55,225 nt of DNA from Patescibacteria group bacterium (GTDB taxonomy: Bacteria; Patescibacteriota; Gracilibacteria; UBA1369; PNNO01): positions 1 to 55,225 of the forward strand of contig JBHPIO010000009.1 of NCBI GenBank assembly GCA_042568575.1, given 5' to 3'. The position numbers and the translations under genes are program-made. Position 1 is the first letter of the stretch. The number at the start of each line of letters is the position of its first letter. Under the pieces are notes generated by a model, which was not told where the DNA came from, did no database searches, and worked only from the letters and a program-made list of their open reading frames with translations. Positions 39,080 through 46,524 of this stretch are shown here, one piece after another.

Positions 39080-39212
39080 TGGGTTTGTTTAGGGTTATGG
39101 TGCAGAGAAATTCTATCTACAATACCTAATGATGTAAAGAAATTTGATATAAAAATCTAAGGGGGAACGGGACGGTAGGGTGAAAGGAGTGTCCCAAAGG
39201 AGGTGGATATGG

Positions 39213-39917
39213 CTAGCCGCGCTGGAGGGCGAGTGTGATGCTCAAGACGGCGTTCTCGGCTGAGCGAACAGTGTCTCCCTTATGCTGAATTGTGCTGAAT
39301 GCTCCGAGGAATTCTGGGCATAAACGCATGTCTTCTATGGCTTCCCCTGTGAGGACTTCGATGAATGGCACGGGTTCGTTGAGTGCGCTGAGTACTCTTT
39401 CTACCTCTGAGGGGTGGTTGATGAGCAAAGCCGGCAGGAATTTGTATGCGGCTGGGTCAGCCTGCATTTTGGCTGCGAGCTTTGCCGTTGCTTTCCATAG
39501 ATTTGTTGTTCGACTTGTTGAGTCTATCCTCCCGGCGATGTAACCCATTTCGACTGCAAGGAGCATGAACGCATCCCACCATTCGCACAAATGCTTTCGC
39601 ATTGCTCCAGTGAATGGAATACCCATCTCTGTGAGCCAGGTTGTGAATGGGAATTTTTTTATCACTTCGAGAAGCTTTGGGAGTTGTTCTGCCCTCTCCT
39701 CAGAGAAGGCGGAATGTGTCATCCCAATCTCAAATCCATCAAGTATAAGCTTGAACTGCTCGCCACCGATGGTGACGAGCAGTCGCTCCATAGCTTTCAT
39801 GAGCTCCGGAACCTCCAGTCCTTGTAGGGCGGTTCCTATATCTTCAATCGTCAGAGATTTCCCTCCAACACTAATCTGGATTGCTTCGCGAATAAGACTC
39901 TTGGTATCGCTGGTCAT
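39213..39917 (-). CDS. Hypothetical protein (GC-richer unit D)
   Basis: Open frame; start set at ATG 39917 after AGAAAGGA; no family recognised. Confidence 0.65.
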   Translation of the reverse strand: MTSDTKSLIREAIQISVGGKSLTIEDIGTALQGLEVPELMKAMERLLVTIGGEQFKLILDGFEIGMTHSAFSEERAEQLPKLLEVIKKFPFTTWLTEMGIPFTGAMRKHLCEWWDAFMLLAVEMGYIAGRIDSTSRTTNLWKATAKLAAKMQADPAAYKFLPALLINHPSEVERVLSALNEPVPFIEVLTGEAIEDMRLCPEFLGAFSTIQHKGDTVRSAENAVLSITLALQRG

Positions 39918-39982
39918 TGTGTGGATCCTTTCTGTTTGGCACGCACAGCAACTATAACAAGTGCTATGTGTGACGTGTTTTA

Positions 39983-40021
39983 TACCGTCCCACCTCAAAT
40001 TTTTAAAATATGTCAAAGATC
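39983..40021 (-). promoter_or_regulatory. Leader of unit D: boxA-like motif and 5' arm of long-range stem
   Basis: GATCTTTGACA (40011-40021 minus), then GGTGGGACGGTA (39983-39994 minus), complementary to 39166-39177. Confidence 0.5.
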
Positions 40022-40056
40022 GTGAAAGACTATATTCTCCCACTATCTCAAGAATG

Positions 40057-40142
40057 TGTCAATGTATCTCGACAATGTATAAAGAGAGGTTGAAAATAGC
40101 ATGTAGATAAGTTAAAATATAACTGTCGACAAATCTTGACAG
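40057..40142 (+). promoter_or_regulatory. Promoter of TrmB paralog 2 bracketed by two inverted repeats
   Basis: TGTCAA-N6-TCGACA (40057-40074), TTGAAA-17-TAAAAT (40090-40118), TGTCGA-N6-TTGACA (40124-40141). Confidence 0.6.
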
Positions 40143-40148
40143 CAGAAC

Positions 40149-40886
40149 ATGAAAACATTTCTTAAAAAACTAGGGGCAAATGATAAGGAAGCGGATACAT
40201 ATCTGGTTTTGCTTGAGCTTGGACCTCAACCTGTTTCTGTGGTTGCGAGACGCATAGGGGTGCCTCGTTCAACAATGTATGTGATTGCAGATAATCTCAA
40301 AAAACTTCATCTTATTGAAAAGTTCCAAAGGGGTGGAGTGATGTTTGTAAAAGCTGTTTCGGCTAAAGATATTCGTAGTGTGATTCGTTTGCGTGAAAGG
40401 GAAATTGAGAATTTGAATGATATTTATAAATCAACTTTGCCAAATCTTGAGTCGATCGAGAACAAACTATCAATAACACCAGTAATAAAAATTTATGAAG
40501 GAGAAGATGAAGTTAAAAAAATGTATGAAATAGTTTTGAGTGAAAAAGATATTTGTTCTTTTTTTAATCCGCAGCGTGTTAAGCAAAAAATGCCGGAATA
40601 TCATTTTAAAATACCCGAAACATTAAAGGAAAACCAATGGAAGGCTCGGGAGCTATTGGTTGAATCCCCGGAAGCTGATGAGTATAAAAAACTTTATAAT
40701 TCAGACTTCCATCAAATAAAAATTTTACCAAAAAATGTTGACTTCCAGTCCGATACGATTATCGGTAAAGATCGATTTTTTCAGGTTGCATACGGAGAGC
40801 AGGATATAGTGGCAACAGAAATTGACAGTCAGTCTCTTACGCAAACTCAACAGGCTGTATTCGAAATTATGTGGAATAGCATTTAA
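40149..40886 (+). CDS. TrmB-family transcriptional regulator
   Basis: LGANDKEADTYLVLLELGPQPVSVVARRIGVPRSTMY; PVIKIYEG; paralog of 6610-7335. Confidence 0.85.
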   Translation: MKTFLKKLGANDKEADTYLVLLELGPQPVSVVARRIGVPRSTMYVIADNLKKLHLIEKFQRGGVMFVKAVSAKDIRSVIRLREREIENLNDIYKSTLPNLESIENKLSITPVIKIYEGEDEVKKMYEIVLSEKDICSFFNPQRVKQKMPEYHFKIPETLKENQWKARELLVESPEADEYKKLYNSDFHQIKILPKNVDFQSDTIIGKDRFFQVAYGEQDIVATEIDSQSLTQTQQAVFEIMWNSI

Positions 40887-40895
40887 TCATTTCTT

Positions 40896-41114
40896 ATGAA
40901 GAAAAAACTAAGGAAAAATCTTCCATCATCATATCGTTTTACGCGAACTGTTTTTGGGATCATTATGATTGCCGCACTCTTTTTCGATTGGGGTAAATAT
41001 GTGGTTGCCGTGCTTGGAGCGTTGTTTCTAATTTCTGCTACAACAGGATTTTGTATTACTTGCTGGTTGTATGAAAAAGTTACCGGGAAGTGCGAAGATT
41101 GTGAGAATATTTGA
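40896..41114 (+). CDS. DUF2892 (YgaP-like) small membrane protein
   Basis: R..R...G, two TM, TGFC...LY. Confidence 0.7.
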   Translation: MKKKLRKNLPSSYRFTRTVFGIIMIAALFFDWGKYVVAVLGALFLISATTGFCITCWLYEKVTGKCEDCENI

Positions 41115-41281
41115 CGGCTTTTCTATTTCATATATAATTTATAAGTCTTTTGTCGAATATAGCAATAAAAGGCTGTGTCGCGTTTGTACAAATTGTCATA
41201 CGTGGCATATTTGGTCTTTGAAAGGTAACAAGTTTATACAACGCAGCGTGGGTGTTTTCCCACAGAAAGCAGGCATCGATT

Positions 41282-41743
41282 ATGCAGACCGATTATCTTG
41301 AAGCTGTTAAGGTGCTAATTCCTCAAGACAAACTCGAGAGATGGTGCAAAGTGATGTGCCAGGCAGCGGAGCTCGAATGGGGAGATCTGACGGAGGATGA
41401 TCAGACTCTCGTGTTCCAGTTCGGGATAGCGCAGAAGGTTGAACGTGAGCTTTCCCAGGTCAGAGAGGAGAATCCAGGTATCGCTGCTAAGTTGGAGTCG
41501 CTTATGACGGCAGTGCTGAGCGATGAACCTGATCTCGAAGGAAATGAGCTCGTTAAGTTTGCGCAAGAGAAAGAAAAAGCGCAAGGAACTCTTTCACGGT
41601 GGTCAACCGGCAAGCATGCGATGTGGTATCTCGCAATCTTGGGTGAGTTGGTCGTCGACATATTTGGTCATCCCGACGCTGATGAGCGAAGAGAGCTCCT
41701 TGATAGGATTGATATGCTGATGCAAATGATTACGTCCTGCTAG
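41282..41743 (+). CDS. Hypothetical protein (GC-richer unit E)
   Basis: Open frame, helical acidic composition; start set at ATG 41282; leader GGTCTTTGAAA (41213-41223). Confidence 0.65.
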   Translation: MQTDYLEAVKVLIPQDKLERWCKVMCQAAELEWGDLTEDDQTLVFQFGIAQKVERELSQVREENPGIAAKLESLMTAVLSDEPDLEGNELVKFAQEKEKAQGTLSRWSTGKHAMWYLAILGELVVDIFGHPDADERRELLDRIDMLMQMITSC

Positions 41744-41879
41744 TTTTGTTATCCAGTCAAAGCCACACCTTCCACCGGGCTACACAATATATGTGCGTAA
41801 TAGCAAAATATTGTGAGCTCGGTTCCCAGAAATATTAAAATTTAATCTTGCCATTTTTTGCTCGCGTGATACACTCAAG

Positions 41880-41897
41880 GGTGAGTACGTACTCACC
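41880..41897. promoter_or_regulatory. Perfect 18-bp palindrome, candidate operator
   Basis: GGTGAGTACGTACTCACC between TTGCCA-16-TACACT (41848-41875) and ATG 41905. Confidence 0.55.
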
Positions 41898-41904
41898 ATA
41901 AAGT

Positions 41905-43098
41905 ATGCGCAGAGGAATTGCTACATTTACGCTTGATACAGGGAAATGTCCCAAATGGTTGTTCGAAAGAATGGTTAAGCTTGGGCGTGAAATGATGCAG
42001 GTTTTAATTGCAGAGTACGGGCCTGATGAATTTGTGAAACGCATTTCCGATCCTGTGTGGTTTCAGTCACTTGGAACTGTTCTTGCTTTTGATTGGAATG
42101 CGAGCGGACTCACCACTACTTTAACTGCTGCTTTAAAAGAAGCCATCAGAGGACAAGAGCGAGAGCTGGGAATTTTTATTTGCGGAGGAAAAGGGAAGAC
42201 TTCGCTAAAAACACCTGATCAAATTCAAAACTGGGGAGCGTGGCTGAGTTTGCCGGATCCACATGTGAAGAATCTTGTTTATAATTCGAAGATGAGCGCG
42301 AAGGTTGATACGGCTTTAATTCAGGATGGGTTCGACATCTACCATCATACATTTTTCTTTTCTAGAAAAGGTGCGTGGGCGGTTGTGCAGCAGGGGATGA
42401 ACAAGAAACAGAAAAGTGCGAGGCGGTATCATTGGTCGTCCGATGATGTTAATGATCTTATTGTTGAGCCGCATAGTGGGATTATTTCTGATCCACTTCA
42501 AAAGTCTGCGAGGACTTTAAACATGACCTCAAAGGATAGCGATGGAAACAGGAACCTTTCTGTGGAGATAGTTACGCATGGAAATTATTTTAGTCTGATG
42601 AAGGATATTCAGGTTCTAAGGAGACATTCGTCTGAGCTTTCGCGGATGGTTAGTATGAAGGTTAATGAGGATCAGCTGACGCTTTTGGAACTTGCACCGA
42701 GGGAGTTTAAAACACATCCGGTGATGTTTGAGAATTTTAATAGGAGCAAGTACTTGGAAAAGATTTTATGGAAGGTCTGTGATAGGCAGCCTGAGAAATA
42801 TGAATCTTTATTGTCGATGAAAGGTGTGGGGCCGAAAACAATTCGTGCCCTTTCCCTGGTTTCGGAGGTTATTTATGGGGCGCCGGCGTCCTACACCGAC
42901 CCAGCGCGCTACAGCTTCGCCCACGGCGGCAAAGACGGCACACCATACCCCGTTAACCGCCGGCGCTATGATCACACTATCGACACGCTTAAAAAAGCTG
43001 TCGAAAAAACGCACTTGAGCTATACTGATAAAAAGAGCGCAATTGGTCGCCTCACACGTCCTAAGAGGCCGAACCTGCCACCTCAATTACCTCTCTAA
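41905..43098 (+). CDS. DUF763 family protein
   Basis: P.WLF.RM, SDPVWFQSLG.VL..DW..SG.TT, GGKGK.S..TP, RRYHW, KGVGPKT.RAL, FAHGGKDG.PYPV. Confidence 0.9.
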   Translation: MRRGIATFTLDTGKCPKWLFERMVKLGREMMQVLIAEYGPDEFVKRISDPVWFQSLGTVLAFDWNASGLTTTLTAALKEAIRGQERELGIFICGGKGKTSLKTPDQIQNWGAWLSLPDPHVKNLVYNSKMSAKVDTALIQDGFDIYHHTFFFSRKGAWAVVQQGMNKKQKSARRYHWSSDDVNDLIVEPHSGIISDPLQKSARTLNMTSKDSDGNRNLSVEIVTHGNYFSLMKDIQVLRRHSSELSRMVSMKVNEDQLTLLELAPREFKTHPVMFENFNRSKYLEKILWKVCDRQPEKYESLLSMKGVGPKTIRALSLVSEVIYGAPASYTDPARYSFAHGGKDGTPYPVNRRRYDHTIDTLKKAVEKTHLSYTDKKSAIGRLTRPKRPNLPPQLPL

Positions 43099-43109
43099 CC
43101 TACTTCAAT

Positions 43110-43475
43110 ATGAATCCAGAACAAGAAATTATATTTGTATATAACGCCGACTCAAACGTTTTTTCAATGGTTACAGATTACCTTCACAAGAAGATATCAC
43201 CAGACACCTACAAGTGTAACTTATGCAAAATCACTTACGGCGTGACAATGGATAACGACTGGAAAGAATATGTGCAGTCGCTTCCCTATAAAGTGAGCTT
43301 TCTGCACAAAGACGAACTCTTAAAGCAATACCCTGAACTGGCAAACACCGAGCTCCCGTCTGTTTTTATAAGAGATGAATCAGGAATGAACGTTATCGTA
43401 AGTCGTGAAGAATTAAATCAGCCCAAAAACGTTGGGGAACTTATAGCTCTAATGAAAGAAAAATTTAAAATTTAA
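43110..43475 (+). CDS. Conserved hypothetical protein
   Basis: IFVYNADS....D..HK..SP.TY.CNLC.ITYG motif. Confidence 0.7.
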   Translation: MNPEQEIIFVYNADSNVFSMVTDYLHKKISPDTYKCNLCKITYGVTMDNDWKEYVQSLPYKVSFLHKDELLKQYPELANTELPSVFIRDESGMNVIVSREELNQPKNVGELIALMKEKFKI

Positions 43476-43487
43476 ACTCTAAACTCT

Positions 43488-43745
43488 ATGCCTAAAACAT
43501 TTGAGAGACAAATTTATAATGTCGTACGTAAAATCCCGGAAGGAAAAACCTTAACGTATAAGCAGGTTGCGAGAAAAGCGGGTCGTCCAAACGCATATCG
43601 TGCAGTTGGGAATATTTTAAATAAGAACTACGATCCGGCTATTCCATGCCACCGCGTGGTGTGCGCAGATGGAACTCCGGGCGGATACAACCGTGGCACT
43701 GCGCTTAAAATGAAACGCTTGGAACAGGAAGGTGCCAAAATTTAG
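43488..43745 (+). CDS. MGMT-family (O6-alkylguanine DNA alkyltransferase) single-domain protein
   Basis: IPEGKTLTYKQVA, RAVG, IPCHRVV with the active Cys. Confidence 0.9.
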   Translation: MPKTFERQIYNVVRKIPEGKTLTYKQVARKAGRPNAYRAVGNILNKNYDPAIPCHRVVCADGTPGGYNRGTALKMKRLEQEGAKI

Positions 43746-43749
43746 GCAC

Positions 43750-43777
43750 AAAAAAAAGGCAGTTTAATACCATGCCC
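43750..43777 (-). terminator. Terminator after the small peptide gene
   Basis: Minus strand GGCA...TGCC followed by a T run. Confidence 0.5.
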
Positions 43778-43804
43778 AGGGTTAAATCTTTTTTTAAAGA
43801 TGCC

Positions 43805-43900
43805 TTAGCAGCATCCATCGTCGTCTCCACCAAAAAAATCGCATCCGCAGCTTCCACCACAGCATCCTCCTGCTTCATCATCATCTCCAAAGAAAAACAT
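43805..43900 (-). CDS. 31-aa Cys/Asp/Gly-rich peptide MFFFGDDDEAGGCCGGSCGCDFFGGDDDGCC
   Basis: Hand translation ATG 43900 to TAA 43805; upstream TAGACT-16-TATAAT and native-type TTTAACC leader; downstream terminator. Confidence 0.7.
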   Translation of the reverse strand: MFFFGDDDEAGGCCGGSCGCDFFGGDDDGCC

Positions 43901-43977
43901 AGTAATTTGGGTTAAAGGAAATAATTATATATTCGGAATTCGATTATATCAAAATCTCTAAAAAAGTCTATGCCTCC

Positions 43978-44562
43978 TTATGAAAGTCCAAGAAGAACCG
44001 CAGCTGAAAAATAAGCAATATACACAAAAACAAATAATAGAATTTTCATTGATCGACTAACAAAAGGAATATTTCCTTGCGTTCCTTTTACAGTTTTTCC
44101 TACAAGCCGCTTAGTTTGTAAAAAGAAAATCGAAACCATATATCCTATGAATATAACAGCTAAACAAGCTACCCATACCCAAACATTTGAATAAACGTTT
44201 TCATAGAACCATGAATTTGGCAGCGAGAATTCCATTCGAGCAAGCAATCCGCCACCAATCAAAATACTAATAAAGTGAATCGCTTGATCGGCAATATAAG
44301 GCAAAGGGAAATTATCATATTTCAAAGCGATATTAATTTTAGCCAGATCAGTAATAAAATGAACAACACTAATCCCTCCGATAACAGCCCATGTTTCCCA
44401 TCTTCCTAAATATGGGAAAAGTAAAATTGCAGAAACACCCGCAAGAAGTAGCACATGCACAAGTACTCCAGTAAAGTTTTTCATCTTCCACTGAATCAAC
44501 TTGTAAGGTTGTAGCAAAAAGTCATTCAGCAGGTGGCCGATAATAAGATAAGTTGTGATCAT
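43978..44562 (-). CDS. DUF3307 membrane protein
   Basis: GHLLNDFLLQ, H, HFITD..K, DQAIH motifs. Confidence 0.85.
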   Translation of the reverse strand: MITTYLIIGHLLNDFLLQPYKLIQWKMKNFTGVLVHVLLLAGVSAILLFPYLGRWETWAVIGGISVVHFITDLAKINIALKYDNFPLPYIADQAIHFISILIGGGLLARMEFSLPNSWFYENVYSNVWVWVACLAVIFIGYMVSIFFLQTKRLVGKTVKGTQGNIPFVSRSMKILLFVFVYIAYFSAAVLLGLS

Positions 44563-45026
44563 AAATTTTCAGTAGGTTCTTGAAAGTCCTGGTTTCTGTC
44601 ATTTTCCTTAATTCGCTGAATAAATTCAGAACTTACTTGTTCAGCGAGTGAAGGATTTTCATTAATTAAATTCTTAAACTCGTCCTTTTTTAGTACAAAA
44701 ATTTCAGCTTCTTCTTCAACCATTGCGTTTGCATTTCTTGGCTTTTCCGAAACAAGAGCCATTTCTCCAAAAAATGTATCGTTTGATAAAGTAGCAATTT
44801 CAACTTGATCGTCTGGATTTTCATCGCTACCTTGATAAATCCTTACAACACCTCTTTTGATTATATACAAAGCGTCTCCAGGATCTCCTTCCGAGAAGAT
44901 TTTATGGTGTTTTGGATAATATTCGAGAGTAATATTGTTTGTAATCAGATTGTAAGATTCTTCAGTTAAATCTTTAAATAGAGGGATTTTTTCAAGGATA
45001 TTAAAGATTGGATTTGGATTGTCCAT
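44559..45026 (-). CDS. Stand-alone cyclic-nucleotide-binding domain protein
   Basis: IFSEGDPGDALYIIKRGVV, FFGEMALV...RNANA. Confidence 0.9.
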   Translation of the reverse strand: MDNPNPIFNILEKIPLFKDLTEESYNLITNNITLEYYPKHHKIFSEGDPGDALYIIKRGVVRIYQGSDENPDDQVEIATLSNDTFFGEMALVSEKPRNANAMVEEEAEIFVLKKDEFKNLINENPSLAEQVSSEFIQRIKENDRNQDFQEPTENL

Positions 45027-45038
45027 AGTTTTTAAATC

Positions 45039-45398
45039 TTAAAGATACAAAAAGTCGAAGAAGTCTTTCTTATTAAACACAAAAAGCTCACAATCTTCCA
45101 GGCATTTTACGGATGCATTTCTTGAATTGCTGTTTAAAAGAGCCATTTCACCAAAGAAATTATCTGGATAAAGAATAGCTATCGATTGCTCTTCATTATT
45201 CTCATCCTTACGAAGAATTTCTACTTTACCTGACTTAATAATGTAGAAAACCTCTCCTTTGTCGCCTTCATGAAAAACATAGGTGTCTTTGGCAAACTTA
45301 TGAAGTGAAACCTTCTTTACTACATCAGCCAAATCGTCCTCATCAGCATCGCTCAAAACAGGCATATTTTTGAGAATTTCGTACAGAGAAACGTCCAT
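45039..45398 (-). CDS. Stand-alone cyclic-nucleotide-binding domain protein
   Basis: VFHEGDKGEVFYIIKSGKV, FFGEMALL...RNASV; start set at ATG 45398. Confidence 0.9.
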   Translation of the reverse strand: MDVSLYEILKNMPVLSDADEDDLADVVKKVSLHKFAKDTYVFHEGDKGEVFYIIKSGKVEILRKDENNEEQSIAILYPDNFFGEMALLNSNSRNASVKCLEDCELFVFNKKDFFDFLYL

Positions 45399-45473
45399 GT
45401 TTTTGTTTTTAAGTGTACTCCAAGTATTATTATGCCACAAAAACGCATAAAAAGCAACGAGGAAAGCCAAAAA

Positions 45474-46412
45474 TTAAGATTCTATCTTCTCACGTGGAGA
45501 CAAATGCTCTTCTGAAGTAAAGTCGATAAATGTGAAAGTCCAGACGGTTACCGAAAACACATGGACCACTGCTGCTAGGTAAGCTGCGAAGATCAGGAAT
45601 ATAACGCTTACAATACCCAAAACGACAAATCCATAGCTTGGCAGAGACACTGTCGTATAAAAAGCTAATGCGGAAATAACAATTGCAGGCACAATAATAA
45701 CCAAAATAACTTGAATGATTATTCTAACAGCTATAATAAGCATTAAAATAACCAATATGAATGTCTTTTGAAGGTTCAGGATAACAAGCGTACAACTCTT
45801 AACAATTCCGCTCATCACACCTTCCTCGTCGATAATTATGAAATATTCAGCGAACGTAAAGAGTATATGGATTACTAAGGCAATCACTGCATAAATAATG
45901 AAAACCGGTATAAAAGACTGAAAAACTTCAGGACCTAGATTTCTTAATACAAACGCAGCTTCGGCAGCAATTGAAATGAAGCTGAATGTTCGCATAATAA
46001 GTGTAAATTCAAAGTACGTGAGAAATCTTAAAATTCCATATTTAACTCCATCAACAAGGTTTGTTTCTTGGCCATTTCTTCTGCGCGCAATCACTTGAAC
46101 CATGGATGCATCCAAAATAACAGGTAATAAAAAATAAACAATTACGAGTATTATTGCAGTTATAATAAGCGGAACCGTGAAAGACACATTATCTCGTATA
46201 AAATCGAAAATTGTTGTAAAAACAACATAAAAAAAGCTTCGCGGTGCATCATCAAATAATGGAGAAGACTTAAAAGACAGTATCTGATATGTCACATAAA
46301 AAATACCTACAAGTGTAGTTAATAATGCAGGTAAAAACCCGTACCACAGAATCATTTTTTTATTCTTCTGTGTGAACTGCCACGCCTCATATATGGTTTC
46401 CTTGTATTTCAT
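45474..46412 (-). CDS. Hypothetical polytopic membrane protein
   Basis: About 6 long hydrophobic segments. Confidence 0.7.
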   Translation of the reverse strand: MKYKETIYEAWQFTQKNKKMILWYGFLPALLTTLVGIFYVTYQILSFKSSPLFDDAPRSFFYVVFTTIFDFIRDNVSFTVPLIITAIILVIVYFLLPVILDASMVQVIARRRNGQETNLVDGVKYGILRFLTYFEFTLIMRTFSFISIAAEAAFVLRNLGPEVFQSFIPVFIIYAVIALVIHILFTFAEYFIIIDEEGVMSGIVKSCTLVILNLQKTFILVILMLIIAVRIIIQVILVIIVPAIVISALAFYTTVSLPSYGFVVLGIVSVIFLIFAAYLAAVVHVFSVTVWTFTFIDFTSEEHLSPREKIES

Positions 46413-46524
46413 ACATACCCATTGTAGGGCTTGGGATTATGGTGTCAAGAACCCTTTTTCTTTGACACATCATAAACAAAAACAGTATATTATGTAAGGT
46501 TTTTAGGTAATAACTGTTCTCCAC

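Noticed and set aside
39209-39238. Plus-strand mini-ORF MASRAGGRV after AAAGGAGGTGG
   Set aside because: Nine codons antisense to the end of unit D, with no other support; noted only as the anti-SD-like tract.
20823-41764. Flanking inverted repeats as IS/transposon ends or integron attC sites
   Set aside because: The arms differ in sequence between units, contain bulges and wobbles, and overlap stop codons; no transposase/integrase, target duplication or RYYYAAC/GTTRRRY cores seen. Not called as mobile elements, though a DNA-level role is not fully excluded.
43705-43890. 61-aa ORF-track call MEMMMKQEDAVV...
   Set aside because: Alternative frame of the 31-aa Cys-rich peptide; it runs through the terminator and overlaps the MGMT gene.
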